Shown here: positions 17,250 to 26,935 of the stretch, one piece after another | How positions within the stretch are numbered: the first letter of the stretch is position 1 | Layout: every line of letters begins with the position of its first letter | Made by a program: the position numbers and the translations under genes | IMG/VR virus record: IMGVR_UViG_3300028840_008185 | Span: 62,001-126,000 of that record | Length of the DNA: 64,000 nucleotides | Reading direction: 5' to 3' (one strand) | Notes under the pieces: generated by a model | The model's input: the letters and a program-made list of their open reading frames with translations, nothing else | Databases searched by the model: none | Told to the model about the DNA's origin: nothing

Positions 17250-18759
17250 TTAGCCTTCAAGACGCTCAAGTAGAGCAACGGCACGGTCAAATCCCATCTC
17301 ATCCAGGGCATCCTTAAAATTCTCGATGTGCCGAATATCGACAGGACCATACCCGCCGTCGAGAACCATGCTAATAGCCTGGTTGAGTGCATCCTCAATA
17401 CTCTCGTAACTGATCGCACCACGAATCTCACCATCGAGATTAATGCGAGCAAGATACACCTCTTCCTCATCCGCCCACTCATTTTCCTGAGTCGGCACCG
17501 CACCGACAGTAACCACGACGCGGTTTTCATACTCTGCAAAGAGTCTACCGAGTAGCTCTTCGGCTTCACTGAGTCTAATCATGTTTCCTCCTTTTTAAAC
17601 TCAAAAAAATACATATCCATAGACAAAAACTTCTCACCTCCTCTCTTTACTTTCCGCCTCTGTCTCTGCCGGGAGAGCGAGAAGTTCCCTCTCGCCTACG
17701 GACAGTTTCCCAATCAAGCCACTGGCCAGTGGTTTCATCGATAATTACTAGGGCTTGATCCTTGTTAATTCTGCGCACAGGAATACCGGCAAGCCTACCA
17801 TTAGTTGCCCTGTTCGCACCAGCATACTTCACGTTATACCGCTTGAGAGACTCAACAAGCAGGTGGTCTCTATGAGCCTCAAGAACCTTGACTCGCATCT
17901 CCTGCTTCGTCTGGTCAAACTGCGAGGTCTTGCGAGTCGCATAAATAATATAAGTGTGATTACTCGTCCTTACTTGATCCTGATCCGACATCTTCTTTCT
18001 CCTCTCTCTTTATTGCTTCGATCACTTGATCAACCTGCTCCTTGCATGAAGCAGTTTTCACTACACCATCTAATTCTTCATTGAGCTTGACTAACTGCTC
18101 CTCAGTAATGAGCCCCGACTTTACAAATGTCTGCGCAATTACTTTCGAAGCAAGCATGAAACTAATGAACAACGTCCCAAATGGAACTGGGGAATCTTTC
18201 GTGAGACCCGCAATTCTTATAAAATGGTCGATGAACAATTGAGTCACATCGCTCAATCCTTTAAACCTTTCCATCATGATCCTCAACAAACTTGCCGTTC
18301 CAGTAATATCCGAACCAACACCAGAAGGCACCCATGATACAGAGCACAGCGAAGTGTGGCACTGGAGCGACAAGATACGTGACAGCACTCCCGATCATAA
18401 ATATCACCGCCAGGATCAAAAATATCTTCCGGAGCACTTTAGATATTTGAGATTGCAAGCTCATCTGTAAACTTCTCCATATCCATGAGGATTTCGTCAG
18501 CCGGTTCAACGGCAGCCTCCACATCCTCCATCTTGTCCAGTATCGTCTGTATCTCCTCAAGAATATCAATAACTCGCGAAAGCCTGGCCATCCAGTTGTC
18601 AGATTTCTTCATTGCGGGAAGTAAATCTCTGGCCTTCTGGAGCCTCGTACTGATATACACCTCTACATCTCTTAGCCTATCCGTTGTATTCAGGGCACTT
18701 TTCTCAAATTCCTCCAATTGGTCTGAAAGCTTCCTTGAAATATCATCTAGTTCGTTCAT
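17250..18759 (-). CDS. Hypothetical proteins (17250-17582, 17647-17991, 17960-18277, 18261-18464, 18439-18759)
   Basis: Coupled ORFs; one with TM helices, one coiled coil. Confidence 0.5.
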
Positions 18760-18998
18760 ACGCGTCTCTGCACTTTCTTTTCATAAACTACTGGGATGAC
18801 CTCCTTGGGTGGATCCACCCTTTTCCACACCGTCCTGCCACACTTCTTACTTCTACATTTCCAAAATATTCCCCCGGCAGAATCGCCAGGCCCGCGAAAT
18901 CTCATCCTGTTTCCACAATGGGGACACTTCATTTCCACTTTTTCCTTCTCCCTTTCTTTTTTCCTCTGCCTGGGAGGGCCGTCACGCTTTTTTACCAT
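18756..18998 (-). CDS. Zinc-ribbon protein
   Basis: CPHCG...WKCRSKKCG. Confidence 0.6.
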   Translation of the reverse strand: MVKKRDGPPRQRKKEREKEKVEMKCPHCGNRMRFRGPGDSAGGIFWKCRSKKCGRTVWKRVDPPKEVIPVVYEKKVQRRV

Positions 18999-19036
18999 TA
19001 TTCACTCCGTTGATATAGATAAAGGTTTCACTCGGA

Positions 19037-19081
19037 AAGAGCGAAAAAAATCAAATATCCCGCTCCACACGCGCAATTTTT
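19037..19081. promoter_or_regulatory. 45-bp dispersed intergenic motif, copy A
   Basis: 35/45 identical to 61522-61566. Confidence 0.6.
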
Positions 19082-21422
19082 AACCTTCCAAATTGATAAG
19101 CGACTCCTCACCGGAGTTCACTTTCCCCATGGGCTTCTTATCCACGCTGCCATTGGTGCCCATCATAATTATATCCAGCGCCTCTTCCAAGTTGGATACA
19201 GGCGTTAGTTTGATGCTATTCTTCACATCGTTAGGAACCTCCTCCAGGTCGCACTTGTTTCTTATGGGGAACACAACTTCACTAAGGCTGGCTCTGTGAG
19301 CCGCAAGAGTCTTCTCCAGAAGGCCACCAATAGGGAGGACTCTCCCGCGCAAAGAAATCTCACCAGTCATTCCAACATCATTTCTAATTGGCCTGTCCGT
19401 GAGGGCAGATAAGATTGATGCAGCAATGGCGATTCCAGCGCTCGGGCCATCCTTAGGTGTCGCTCCAGCTGGAAAGTGAATGTGGACATTATTCTCAGCG
19501 AACTTTTCAGGGCTAAGACCAAACTTGTCAGCGTTGGACCTAATCCAAGTATAGGCTGCTGACGCAGATTCTTTAAGAACCTTGCCAAGATTGCCTGTCA
19601 GAACAATTTTGCCCTTGCCTTTGACCAACGCAGATTCCACAAACAGCAGTGAGCCCCCACTAACCGCCCAAGCGAGTCCAGTAGCAACACCAACAGAGGG
19701 CTCCTCAATCGCCTGCTGAGTAAAGATCTTACTTGGCCCCAGATACTTGTGAATCATGTCGGTCTTTATAATGGCGGGCGGCTTCTTCTTAGAGGCAACC
19801 TGAACAGCAACCTTCCTGAAAACACTGCCGCACTCTCTTTCGAGGGATCTAACACCAGCTTCACTCGTATATTCCTCGATGATTTTGTTGATTGCATTCT
19901 TGGAGAAAGCAATCTCATGATCCTTGAGCCCCTTCTCCTCTTTCTGCTTGGGAATCAAGTGCTTCTTGGCAATCTGTAGCTTATCATGCGGGGAATAACC
20001 AGGCAGCTTGATAATCTCCATCCTGTCTAACAGAGCGGGCTGGATGTTGCCCCTGGTATTAATTGTAGCAATGAAGAACACATTCGACAAGTCAAAAGAC
20101 ATGCCGAGGTAATTATCGTTGAAAGAGTGATTCTGCTCCGGGTCAAGAACCTCCAACAGTGCCGAACCAGGATCGCCTCTGAAGTCTCTGCCCAACTTAT
20201 CCAACTCGTCCAACATGAACACCGGATTATTAACACCAACCTTCTTGATGAGCTGGATAATCCTACCTGGCATCGCGCCAACATAGGTTCTTCTGTGGCC
20301 ACGAATCTCTGCCTCATCATGGACACCACCAAGCGAAGTGCGGATAAACTCACGTCCCATAGCTTCTGCGATGCTCTTGCCAAGGCTCGTTTTACCTGTT
20401 CCAGGAGGGCCAATAAAGCAAAGAATCGAGCCCTTTCTCTCTGGAGCAAGCTTCTTAACCGCAAGAAACTCCAGGATTCTTTCTTTTGGTTTCTTAAGAC
20501 CAAAGTGATCTCTGTCCAGAATCTCTTTGCCCTTCTCAATATCCAAGCTGTCTTCAGTGCTCTTGCCCCACGGCAAAGAAGCCAACGTTTCCAAGTAATT
20601 AAACATAACTTGGAACTCTGCGCCATTAGGAGGGGTCATAGAGAGCCGCCTCATTTCCTGCTGTGCAATCTTCATGTTTTCTTCAGGCATTCCGGACTTC
20701 TGGAGCTTCTCGGCCAGCCGCCTAATTTCAGCCTGCATGGGATCTTCGCCCTGCTGTTGTGGGTCATTTGAAATCAAAACTTCAGTATTTTTGGACAACT
20801 CCGTGACCATCGCAACAAGTCTTTTCAGTCTTTCCGCTGGGCTTGGTATATGCAGAAGATCAAGGAGTTTCTCTCGCGAAACGATTCCCTGTTTATCAAC
20901 CTGTAGCTGACCAGCGATGTCGTCCAAAAAAGCCGCAAGATCTTGGCTGTTTTTGGGAGTTTCTTTCTTCTTGAGAGCAATACTAGGTAGGTGCTCAGAG
21001 ATCGTATCGTAAAGAACCTTCACCTGCTCCTTGATATCATCGGTGATCTCAACCTCTTCTTCTTGCACATATTCAATCTCACCCTGGAGATACTGCTCTT
21101 CTCCTTCTGTAAGCCCAACAATTTTGAGATGGGCCCGCCTAACACCAACGAGAATGACTCTAAGATGTGGCTCATCTTTTGCGCCTGCTTTCAACACACT
21201 TTTAATCTGTGCCTCCGTGCATTGACCGAGAAAGTCTTTGGCCACTGGCTCATCAACATCTTTGTCTGTCTGCAAACCTACAATGATGTTAATCTCGTTA
21301 TTCTTGGCCACATTTATGGCGTTTACAGAGAACTCTCGGCCAACTTCCACCTCGCAAAAGTTTCCAGGAAAAACCACCAGGTCGGGGTCTCGAATGGGCA
21401 AAATAGGTAGAGTCGCTTTCAT
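19080..21422 (-). CDS. lon: Lon protease
   Basis: LON_N domain; GPPGTGKT; MLDELDK; PKDGPSAG (Ser); IGGLLEK (Lys). Confidence 0.97.
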   Translation of the reverse strand: MKATLPILPIRDPDLVVFPGNFCEVEVGREFSVNAINVAKNNEINIIVGLQTDKDVDEPVAKDFLGQCTEAQIKSVLKAGAKDEPHLRVILVGVRRAHLKIVGLTEGEEQYLQGEIEYVQEEEVEITDDIKEQVKVLYDTISEHLPSIALKKKETPKNSQDLAAFLDDIAGQLQVDKQGIVSREKLLDLLHIPSPAERLKRLVAMVTELSKNTEVLISNDPQQQGEDPMQAEIRRLAEKLQKSGMPEENMKIAQQEMRRLSMTPPNGAEFQVMFNYLETLASLPWGKSTEDSLDIEKGKEILDRDHFGLKKPKERILEFLAVKKLAPERKGSILCFIGPPGTGKTSLGKSIAEAMGREFIRTSLGGVHDEAEIRGHRRTYVGAMPGRIIQLIKKVGVNNPVFMLDELDKLGRDFRGDPGSALLEVLDPEQNHSFNDNYLGMSFDLSNVFFIATINTRGNIQPALLDRMEIIKLPGYSPHDKLQIAKKHLIPKQKEEKGLKDHEIAFSKNAINKIIEEYTSEAGVRSLERECGSVFRKVAVQVASKKKPPAIIKTDMIHKYLGPSKIFTQQAIEEPSVGVATGLAWAVSGGSLLFVESALVKGKGKIVLTGNLGKVLKESASAAYTWIRSNADKFGLSPEKFAENNVHIHFPAGATPKDGPSAGIAIAASILSALTDRPIRNDVGMTGEISLRGRVLPIGGLLEKTLAAHRASLSEVVFPIRNKCDLEEVPNDVKNSIKLTPVSNLEEALDIIMMGTNGSVDKKPMGKVNSGEESLINLEG

Positions 21423-21425
21423 ACT

Positions 21426-22025
21426 TTACTCCTTTTCGTAAAAACAGTTGTTATTCCACACCGTCACTTTGTTGTTCCTTATTAAGCACCCGACGGCTTT
21501 TTCATCATTGTGGGTTGGCACTACATGTCCACTTCTAATCAACTTATACATAATGTCTTTCTTATTTGGCGAGTGGGGCAGCCCGAGTATGTGTCCAATC
21601 TCATGGGTCATCAAAGCATAGAATTTATGCGGACGGACAACGAATATATCTCCGCCTATCCCCTTGGGTCTTCCCATTATTGTAATGGCCACACATGGCT
21701 GTTTGCCTTTGTGCGTGCAGCCTTCTCGTTTAGCGACTGCCCTCTGCCATTTGTATTTCCCGCTATAAATGGTCGAGACTCCATCATATCTCCAGTTAGT
21801 CTTCTCATCTTTATTGAGCGGGGTTTCTCCAATAATAAAGCAAACTTGTCTTTTCGAAAGCTTATACCAGACCTTTGCTGCCGCATATACAATATTCTGC
21901 TGCTTCTTGGTAAGCTTATTATCCACCCTCAAAACAACAACCTTCTTGCACCTATCTTTTCCGACAGCGTGCGTGGGAACAAGCAAGAGCGCAAGACCAA
22001 CTAGCAACGTTCTAAATAGCACCAC
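21426..22025 (-). CDS. Secreted matrixin-like metzincin protease
   Basis: Signal peptide; HEIGHILGLPH; Met-turn DIMY. Confidence 0.85.
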   Translation of the reverse strand: MVLFRTLLVGLALLLVPTHAVGKDRCKKVVVLRVDNKLTKKQQNIVYAAAKVWYKLSKRQVCFIIGETPLNKDEKTNWRYDGVSTIYSGKYKWQRAVAKREGCTHKGKQPCVAITIMGRPKGIGGDIFVVRPHKFYALMTHEIGHILGLPHSPNKKDIMYKLIRSGHVVPTHNDEKAVGCLIRNNKVTVWNNNCFYEKE

Positions 22026-22524
22026 AGTATCCCTCCTTTAGACACCTATAACTGATTCTCAATTTTGTATATCCTCTATTCTTAATTATCTTTAGCAGTT
22101 TGGGGTTTCCAGATTTATAGGCCTTAGAGACCCACAAAATATGTAAATGATGGTTCCTGCTGTTCCAATTGTAATGCCTAAGCCAGTGGTTATATCTTCT
22201 ATGCTTGTGCTGATTTAGGCAGGCATAACGCCAGAGGGCCATCTGCCTTGTTCCCTCTTTAATATTGCATCCTATTTTTAGCAGGTTGCATCTGGCTCTG
22301 GAATATTTCTTATTAACTTGCATGAGTCCATAATCACCTGTCTTGCTTACCAACCGGCGATTAAAACTGGACTCATGCCTTATCAAAGCTAAGACATCAT
22401 GAGGATCGAGTTTCCTCACTTCTGACCAAGCACAGACCCTCTTGGAGATCTTATAGATATTTGGACTATTGGGATAAGGGCTTGTAGCTACAATCAAGCT
22501 CATTATCATCTTAACGCAAAACAT
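22012..22524 (-). CDS. SLT-type lytic transglycosylase
   Basis: ALIRHESSF, GLMQV, NIKEG, YN motifs. Confidence 0.85.
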   Translation of the reverse strand: MFCVKMIMSLIVATSPYPNSPNIYKISKRVCAWSEVRKLDPHDVLALIRHESSFNRRLVSKTGDYGLMQVNKKYSRARCNLLKIGCNIKEGTRQMALWRYACLNQHKHRRYNHWLRHYNWNSRNHHLHILWVSKAYKSGNPKLLKIIKNRGYTKLRISYRCLKEGYCGAI

Positions 22525-22527
22525 TAA

Positions 22528-23151
22528 TTAGCTGTCCTTTTTAGCCTTAGATTTCTTAAACAGCGTATCTAACTTGGCTCGCTTAAAAGCCTTCGCTATG
22601 TCCAGAGTGAATTGGCCCGAAGGATAATATCCCTTGGCTCCGTAGCGTGCTATTCGTTTGATACATACGGATAGATTGTCCGTGTAGATGAAGTTAAACT
22701 CCTTGGCCATGGCGTCATTTTTTGCGTCCATGATATAGCAGAAGTCATCTCCGTCTATGGCAAAACAGCACACAGTAAAGTCAAACTTCCTAAAAATATC
22801 AGCTACTTCTCTATACCAGTGCCGCGTAACCAATTGTAAATCAACACCGGCAAGTTGAAAAGTCACGCTCCACTCGCTCTCCGTAGTTTTAACAAACCCT
22901 TTGCTCTCAAAGATTTGCTTTGCTTCACCCCACCGTTTTCGCGAACTAAAGAACACATCCCAGTCTTTAATCTGGTTGTAATCTCCCGTGTATAGAGCAA
23001 GCGCGGCCCCTCCTGCAATCCAACATCCCTCCATATTTTTGGTCGTGTCAATGATTAACCTATCTATGGAGGGCAGAGAAAGTATGCTGGACCTTCTATC
23101 TTGAAGCACATCATTAAAGGGCTCTCTAACCACCGTAAAATCCGGGGCCAT
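22528..23151 (-). CDS. Nucleotidyltransferase (poly(A) polymerase/CCA head-like)
   Basis: IAGGAA, DWDVFF, FDFTVCCFAI. Confidence 0.7.
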   Translation of the reverse strand: MAPDFTVVREPFNDVLQDRRSSILSLPSIDRLIIDTTKNMEGCWIAGGAALALYTGDYNQIKDWDVFFSSRKRWGEAKQIFESKGFVKTTESEWSVTFQLAGVDLQLVTRHWYREVADIFRKFDFTVCCFAIDGDDFCYIMDAKNDAMAKEFNFIYTDNLSVCIKRIARYGAKGYYPSGQFTLDIAKAFKRAKLDTLFKKSKAKKDS

Positions 23152-23161
23152 TTTTTACCTC

Positions 23162-23461
23162 CTAACACATGCCTGTTAGGCCAACCAAATGATAAACGGC
23201 CACTGCTGAATAAACACCGGCCGCCAGAATACCCCCAACCTTAGCTACTTTAAAGCGTTCCCAAAATCCAACGACCAGGAACAATACCAAGGAGGCAAGG
23301 AGAATCTTTATGTAAAGAAACCCGTCAATACCGAAACTATTTATGCACCACAGCATTAGTGGATTCGTTTCTTTTCCAATATGATGTTCTACTGCATATG
23401 CCGTAGCCCCAGCATCGAAGATGCAGAGCAAAAATATCGCCAATCCCACAAGCCACTTCAT
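23162..23461 (-). CDS. Small membrane protein (DUF5658-like)
   Basis: D..AT..A...ETNPLM, 3 TM helices. Confidence 0.6.
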   Translation of the reverse strand: MKWLVGLAIFLLCIFDAGATAYAVEHHIGKETNPLMLWCINSFGIDGFLYIKILLASLVLFLVVGFWERFKVAKVGGILAAGVYSAVAVYHLVGLTGMC

Positions 23462-24401
23462 TAATTTACTACCTTGTCTTTATCCTCTAGAACCTCTTTG
23501 AAAAGTCTCTCGGCATCGTCGTAGCCCATCTTATAAAGCTGCCTAGCAAAATGGGCTGTGACCAACTGGAAGTTTTCTGCGGAAGGGCCAAAGATTTTCA
23601 GCTTCTCGCTCATAAGCGCAGACCAATCTTCCACGAGCTTCTGGTACCGCCAGTAAAGAGGATCCTCCACTCGCGGATTATATTTCTTTTCGTCGCTCAT
23701 TCTTTCATCTCCTCAAGCATAGCCGCATATTCAAGCACAGCTAAGCCTTGGTCTTCCGTAAAGCCGGCTTCTACTGCCGCTTCCCTATATCTTTCTTTCA
23801 TAGCGGCGAGCTGGGCATCTTCCACGGCCAAACCGTCCTCAATGTAAGAAGCCACGTCCTCTTTTGTAGGCATACTGATTTTAGATGTAGCTTCCAGAAG
23901 CTTCAAATAATCCCCATAGCCCATAAAGAAAAGGCGCTTGCCTATATCAAACGCCTTCTTCACAGCCAGTTTTGTCTCGTTGTACATTTTCACTCTTCTT
24001 TTGCTCTGATCGTGCCGTATTTGTCTATTCCCTTGTTCCAATCTTCATAGAGTTCTTCTTGCGTAACATCAAGCTCTAATTCCGCGTGTTCATATCCAAC
24101 CTCTTCATCCCACCCAACTCTCATATAATCGAAGCCCCCATCTACAAAGGTTTTTCCACACGAGCATTGGTGCCAATCGTGTCTTGCTCTGCTGTAGATT
24201 GTGTCCCCGCAGCCGAGACATTTTATTGCGAAAATCTTCATCTTTAAATCTCCCAAAGAAAAAATGTGCAGGGCGAAGCGCTCCGAAAGGTCTGCTTGGC
24301 CTTGCTAAAAGGTCCCAAAATGATACAAAAGGTATACCATCACCATTACGCGAACGACTGAGGCGTTCTGCAAGTGGATAAGTATAGACAGGCTCTATCA
24401 T
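23461..24401 (-). CDS. Small hypothetical proteins incl. Zn-finger 23990-24256 and MIEPV microprotein 24105-24401
   Basis: CLGCG...CSCG motif in 23990-24256. Confidence 0.5.
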
Positions 24402-24455
24402 ATCGCCCTCTCGGGCCAACATAATGGCTCGGTCTTGACCGTCATCAAGAGATCT

Positions 24456-24989
24456 TTAAGGGGCCTCTTGATTATATTCTCTGCTTCTAAATACAACGGG
24501 TGGCTCCACGGGTAATCCCAGAATTTCTCTTTGAGATTGTAATACATCCTTAACTCTATCTTCATCCAACATCTCCCTTGGATCTGGATATGGTGGCTCC
24601 ACGCCCCACATTGGACCTGGATCTGGACCTGGACCTGGACCCGGCCAATCTGGTTCTGGGTTGTATTGCCTTGGCCTACAGTCTTTCCAGCAACTCGTCA
24701 TGCTTTCTTTGTAGCAAATACCATCGCCGCAGTATCCGTTCTTTGGTCCACCATAAGGATCAGAACAATCCCAATAGCAGCTCCAGTAATCTTCGCCCTT
24801 CTCAACTTCACAAACCCCGTTGCCGCAGTATTCAATTGGCTCTTCGACTTTCTTATCAGGTTTGGGCAATGGAGTAGGATCTGGATCCTCAATGACTCCG
24901 CCACAACCAAAAAGTAATGCGGCCAACAAAGTCGCCACGAAGAATGCTAAGCTAATTGCTATAAGCCTACTTGCCGTCAATTTATTCAT
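24456..24989 (-). CDS. Lipoprotein with Cys-rich CGxGxC repeats and Pro-rich linker
   Basis: LLFGC lipobox; CGNGVCE..C..DC and CGDGIC..C..DC; PGPGPDPGP. Confidence 0.7.
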   Translation of the reverse strand: MNKLTASRLIAISLAFFVATLLAALLFGCGGVIEDPDPTPLPKPDKKVEEPIEYCGNGVCEVEKGEDYWSCYWDCSDPYGGPKNGYCGDGICYKESMTSCWKDCRPRQYNPEPDWPGPGPGPDPGPMWGVEPPYPDPREMLDEDRVKDVLQSQREILGLPVEPPVVFRSREYNQEAP

Positions 24990-25198
24990 TTTCCACTCCC
25001 GAAAGCATCCTTAAGCAAACCTGAAACTACTATTAACAAAACTACAATGGGTATGAACCATATTGTAAATGGAATTGTAAGCCAGAACCAGGCCCGCTTC
25101 CTTTTACTACAAAATCCAATGTGCTCTGCGTAGAGATAAGCCAGCGAATAAATCACCATCAGGGCATATAGCACCCCCAAAATCATTATAATATGCAT
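24986..25198 (-). CDS. 2-TM small protein
   Basis: Two hydrophobic helices. Confidence 0.55.
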   Translation of the reverse strand: MHIIMILGVLYALMVIYSLAYLYAEHIGFCSKRKRAWFWLTIPFTIWFIPIVVLLIVVSGLLKDAFGSGK

Positions 25199-25199
25199 C

Positions 25200-26093
25200 T
25201 TATCCTCCCTTCAGGGCGTCGGCACAGGTTTCCATAATCTTCATCACTGCGTTCTTGAACCTATCCGGTTCCACATAAGCATCCTTGAGCGTGCCGTAGT
25301 GATGTTCAAGACACTTAAACAGAAGCTTCTTTAGTTCCTTCTCGTCTGGTCCCCAAGGCAACCCGCTTTGCTCGTAGGCTGAATTGAGCGCATGTTCCTT
25401 TTGTTCGAAGAACTTTTCCACGCGCTCTTGGGACCACTCCCCACGCCTAATGGCCTTGAGAACCTCGGAATTCTGATCAAGATGGAGATCTCCTGCGGTG
25501 AGGATTTCCTCAACCTCATACATCAAGCGAACAAGATGATAAGCGAACTTCACATCATAGCCGTATTTCTCTACATATTCCGCACGCTTACTTCCTGGCT
25601 CGGGGTTCTTGATGGCCATTTTGTGAAGCTGGCTGTAGGCGTAGCCCCTGAACTTGTGCCAGCAACCTCTATGGAGAAACAACTTTCTGTTCTCCCTTAC
25701 GATGTTGCCCACGGCACTACAATGGATTACGCATCGCTCGGGGACGAAGAGAGCATCAACCATGTTCGGATTATTATCCATGCATAGCTGGAAGAACTTC
25801 ACGATGTTATACACACTGAAGTCATACTCTTTGCCCTTGACTTCATCGTTGATATGATGTTCCTGCCACTGATCAAACCGCTTGATCTGCTTTCCGAACC
25901 CGGCGATCTCGCCAGCAAGATGCGGAAAGATCATTTGTTTCGGAGGAATACACCAGCCATATATATCGCAATCAGAATCATCACCCGCTACGCCGTATGC
26001 GAAACTCCCCATGATGCAAAGGTAATGTGTAGTGCTGGGAAGCCAGGGTGGAGGGTGGATTAGATTTCTGGATTGTAAATCGTTTAGTAGCAT
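25200..26093 (-). CDS. Pol-beta superfamily nucleotidyltransferase (RlaP-like)
   Basis: GSFAYG..DDSDCDIYG; NPNMVDALF; YDVKFAYHLVRL. Confidence 0.8.
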   Translation of the reverse strand: MLLNDLQSRNLIHPPPWLPSTTHYLCIMGSFAYGVAGDDSDCDIYGWCIPPKQMIFPHLAGEIAGFGKQIKRFDQWQEHHINDEVKGKEYDFSVYNIVKFFQLCMDNNPNMVDALFVPERCVIHCSAVGNIVRENRKLFLHRGCWHKFRGYAYSQLHKMAIKNPEPGSKRAEYVEKYGYDVKFAYHLVRLMYEVEEILTAGDLHLDQNSEVLKAIRRGEWSQERVEKFFEQKEHALNSAYEQSGLPWGPDEKELKKLLFKCLEHHYGTLKDAYVEPDRFKNAVMKIMETCADALKGG

Positions 26094-26096
26094 AAC

Positions 26097-26399
26097 TTAC
26101 CTCTCGACAACTTCTTTTATTTCTTGCAAGGCATCAAAAATATCTTGGTAGTCAACATCCCAAGCCGACCTAGGAAAATCAGACCAATCCACAGCGTCGA
26201 GTATCTCCTTAACTCTTAAGACTTTCCACTGAGCCATTTTAAACATCAGTGTGCGATGCACTTGAGCTTCGGCAGATGTATACATGACCCACGAGCCAGA
26301 ATGGCAATTGTTGCACGTCGGTTCGTGGTATTGATGCGCCGAGCATATACTCGCCCACCAATATTGTCCGTGCTCTTCTTCATTCATATTATCTCTCAA
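26097..26399 (-). CDS. Hypothetical protein
   Basis: 100 aa; CxxH...CxxC. Confidence 0.5.
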   Translation of the reverse strand: MRDNMNEEEHGQYWWASICSAHQYHEPTCNNCHSGSWVMYTSAEAQVHRTLMFKMAQWKVLRVKEILDAVDWSDFPRSAWDVDYQDIFDALQEIKEVVER

Positions 26400-26401
26400 T
26401 T

Positions 26402-26690
26402 CTAATCTTTAAGTAAAAGCCAAACTCCAAGACAGAACAAAATACAAGAGGCTGCTAATATAATACCCAGTAGCACGCCCATCTCTCAATTCCAATCCTT
26501 AGTCAAAAACCAAATTCCGACGCAGGCCAAAAGAAATACGCCTGCAAATATTCCTGCATACAGCGGATCTATCATCTTTCACCTACTTCATCATCAAATT
26601 ACATGCGTGAAACTGCAAGCCAAGCATAATGGCCATGCCTATAATTAATCCAGCATAGATAATAGCATCAGCAATCTTTTTAGTGTCCAT
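26402..26690 (-). CDS. Three tiny single-TM peptides (26402-26482, 26486-26575, 26583-26690)
   Basis: Hand translation: 26, 29 and 35 aa; the first two are a tandem duplication. Confidence 0.6.
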
Positions 26691-26935
26691 CAATCTTCCT
26701 CCAACTCCTTATGTATTTGTTGGGCGAGTTCAATAGCCGGCTCATGGCTGCTCCAATACTCTACCCATTTTACTGACTTCTCCAGCAATCTCCGCAGCCG
26801 CTCCACCTTTTTCTCCCAGCAACCGTCAAGAGCATTCATATCTCGGACGAGTTCAGCATTCCGCTTTTTGCAATTTGGCCAGCTCTTGCTCGCAATTTTC
26901 CAGCTTGCCCGATATAAAACTACAAAGCGATCCCA

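Noticed and set aside
13297-26093. CBASS (CD-NTase + Cap2/Cap3)
   Set aside because: E1 and E2 are separate PRTRC-type genes with their own Ubl; the NTases are distant and RlaP/CCA-like; no effector.
26402-26404. TAG aligned to TGG in the paralog, suggesting amber recoding
   Set aside because: TAG ends pncB, dam and 53402 at expected positions, directly before following genes; long genes are intact in code 11.
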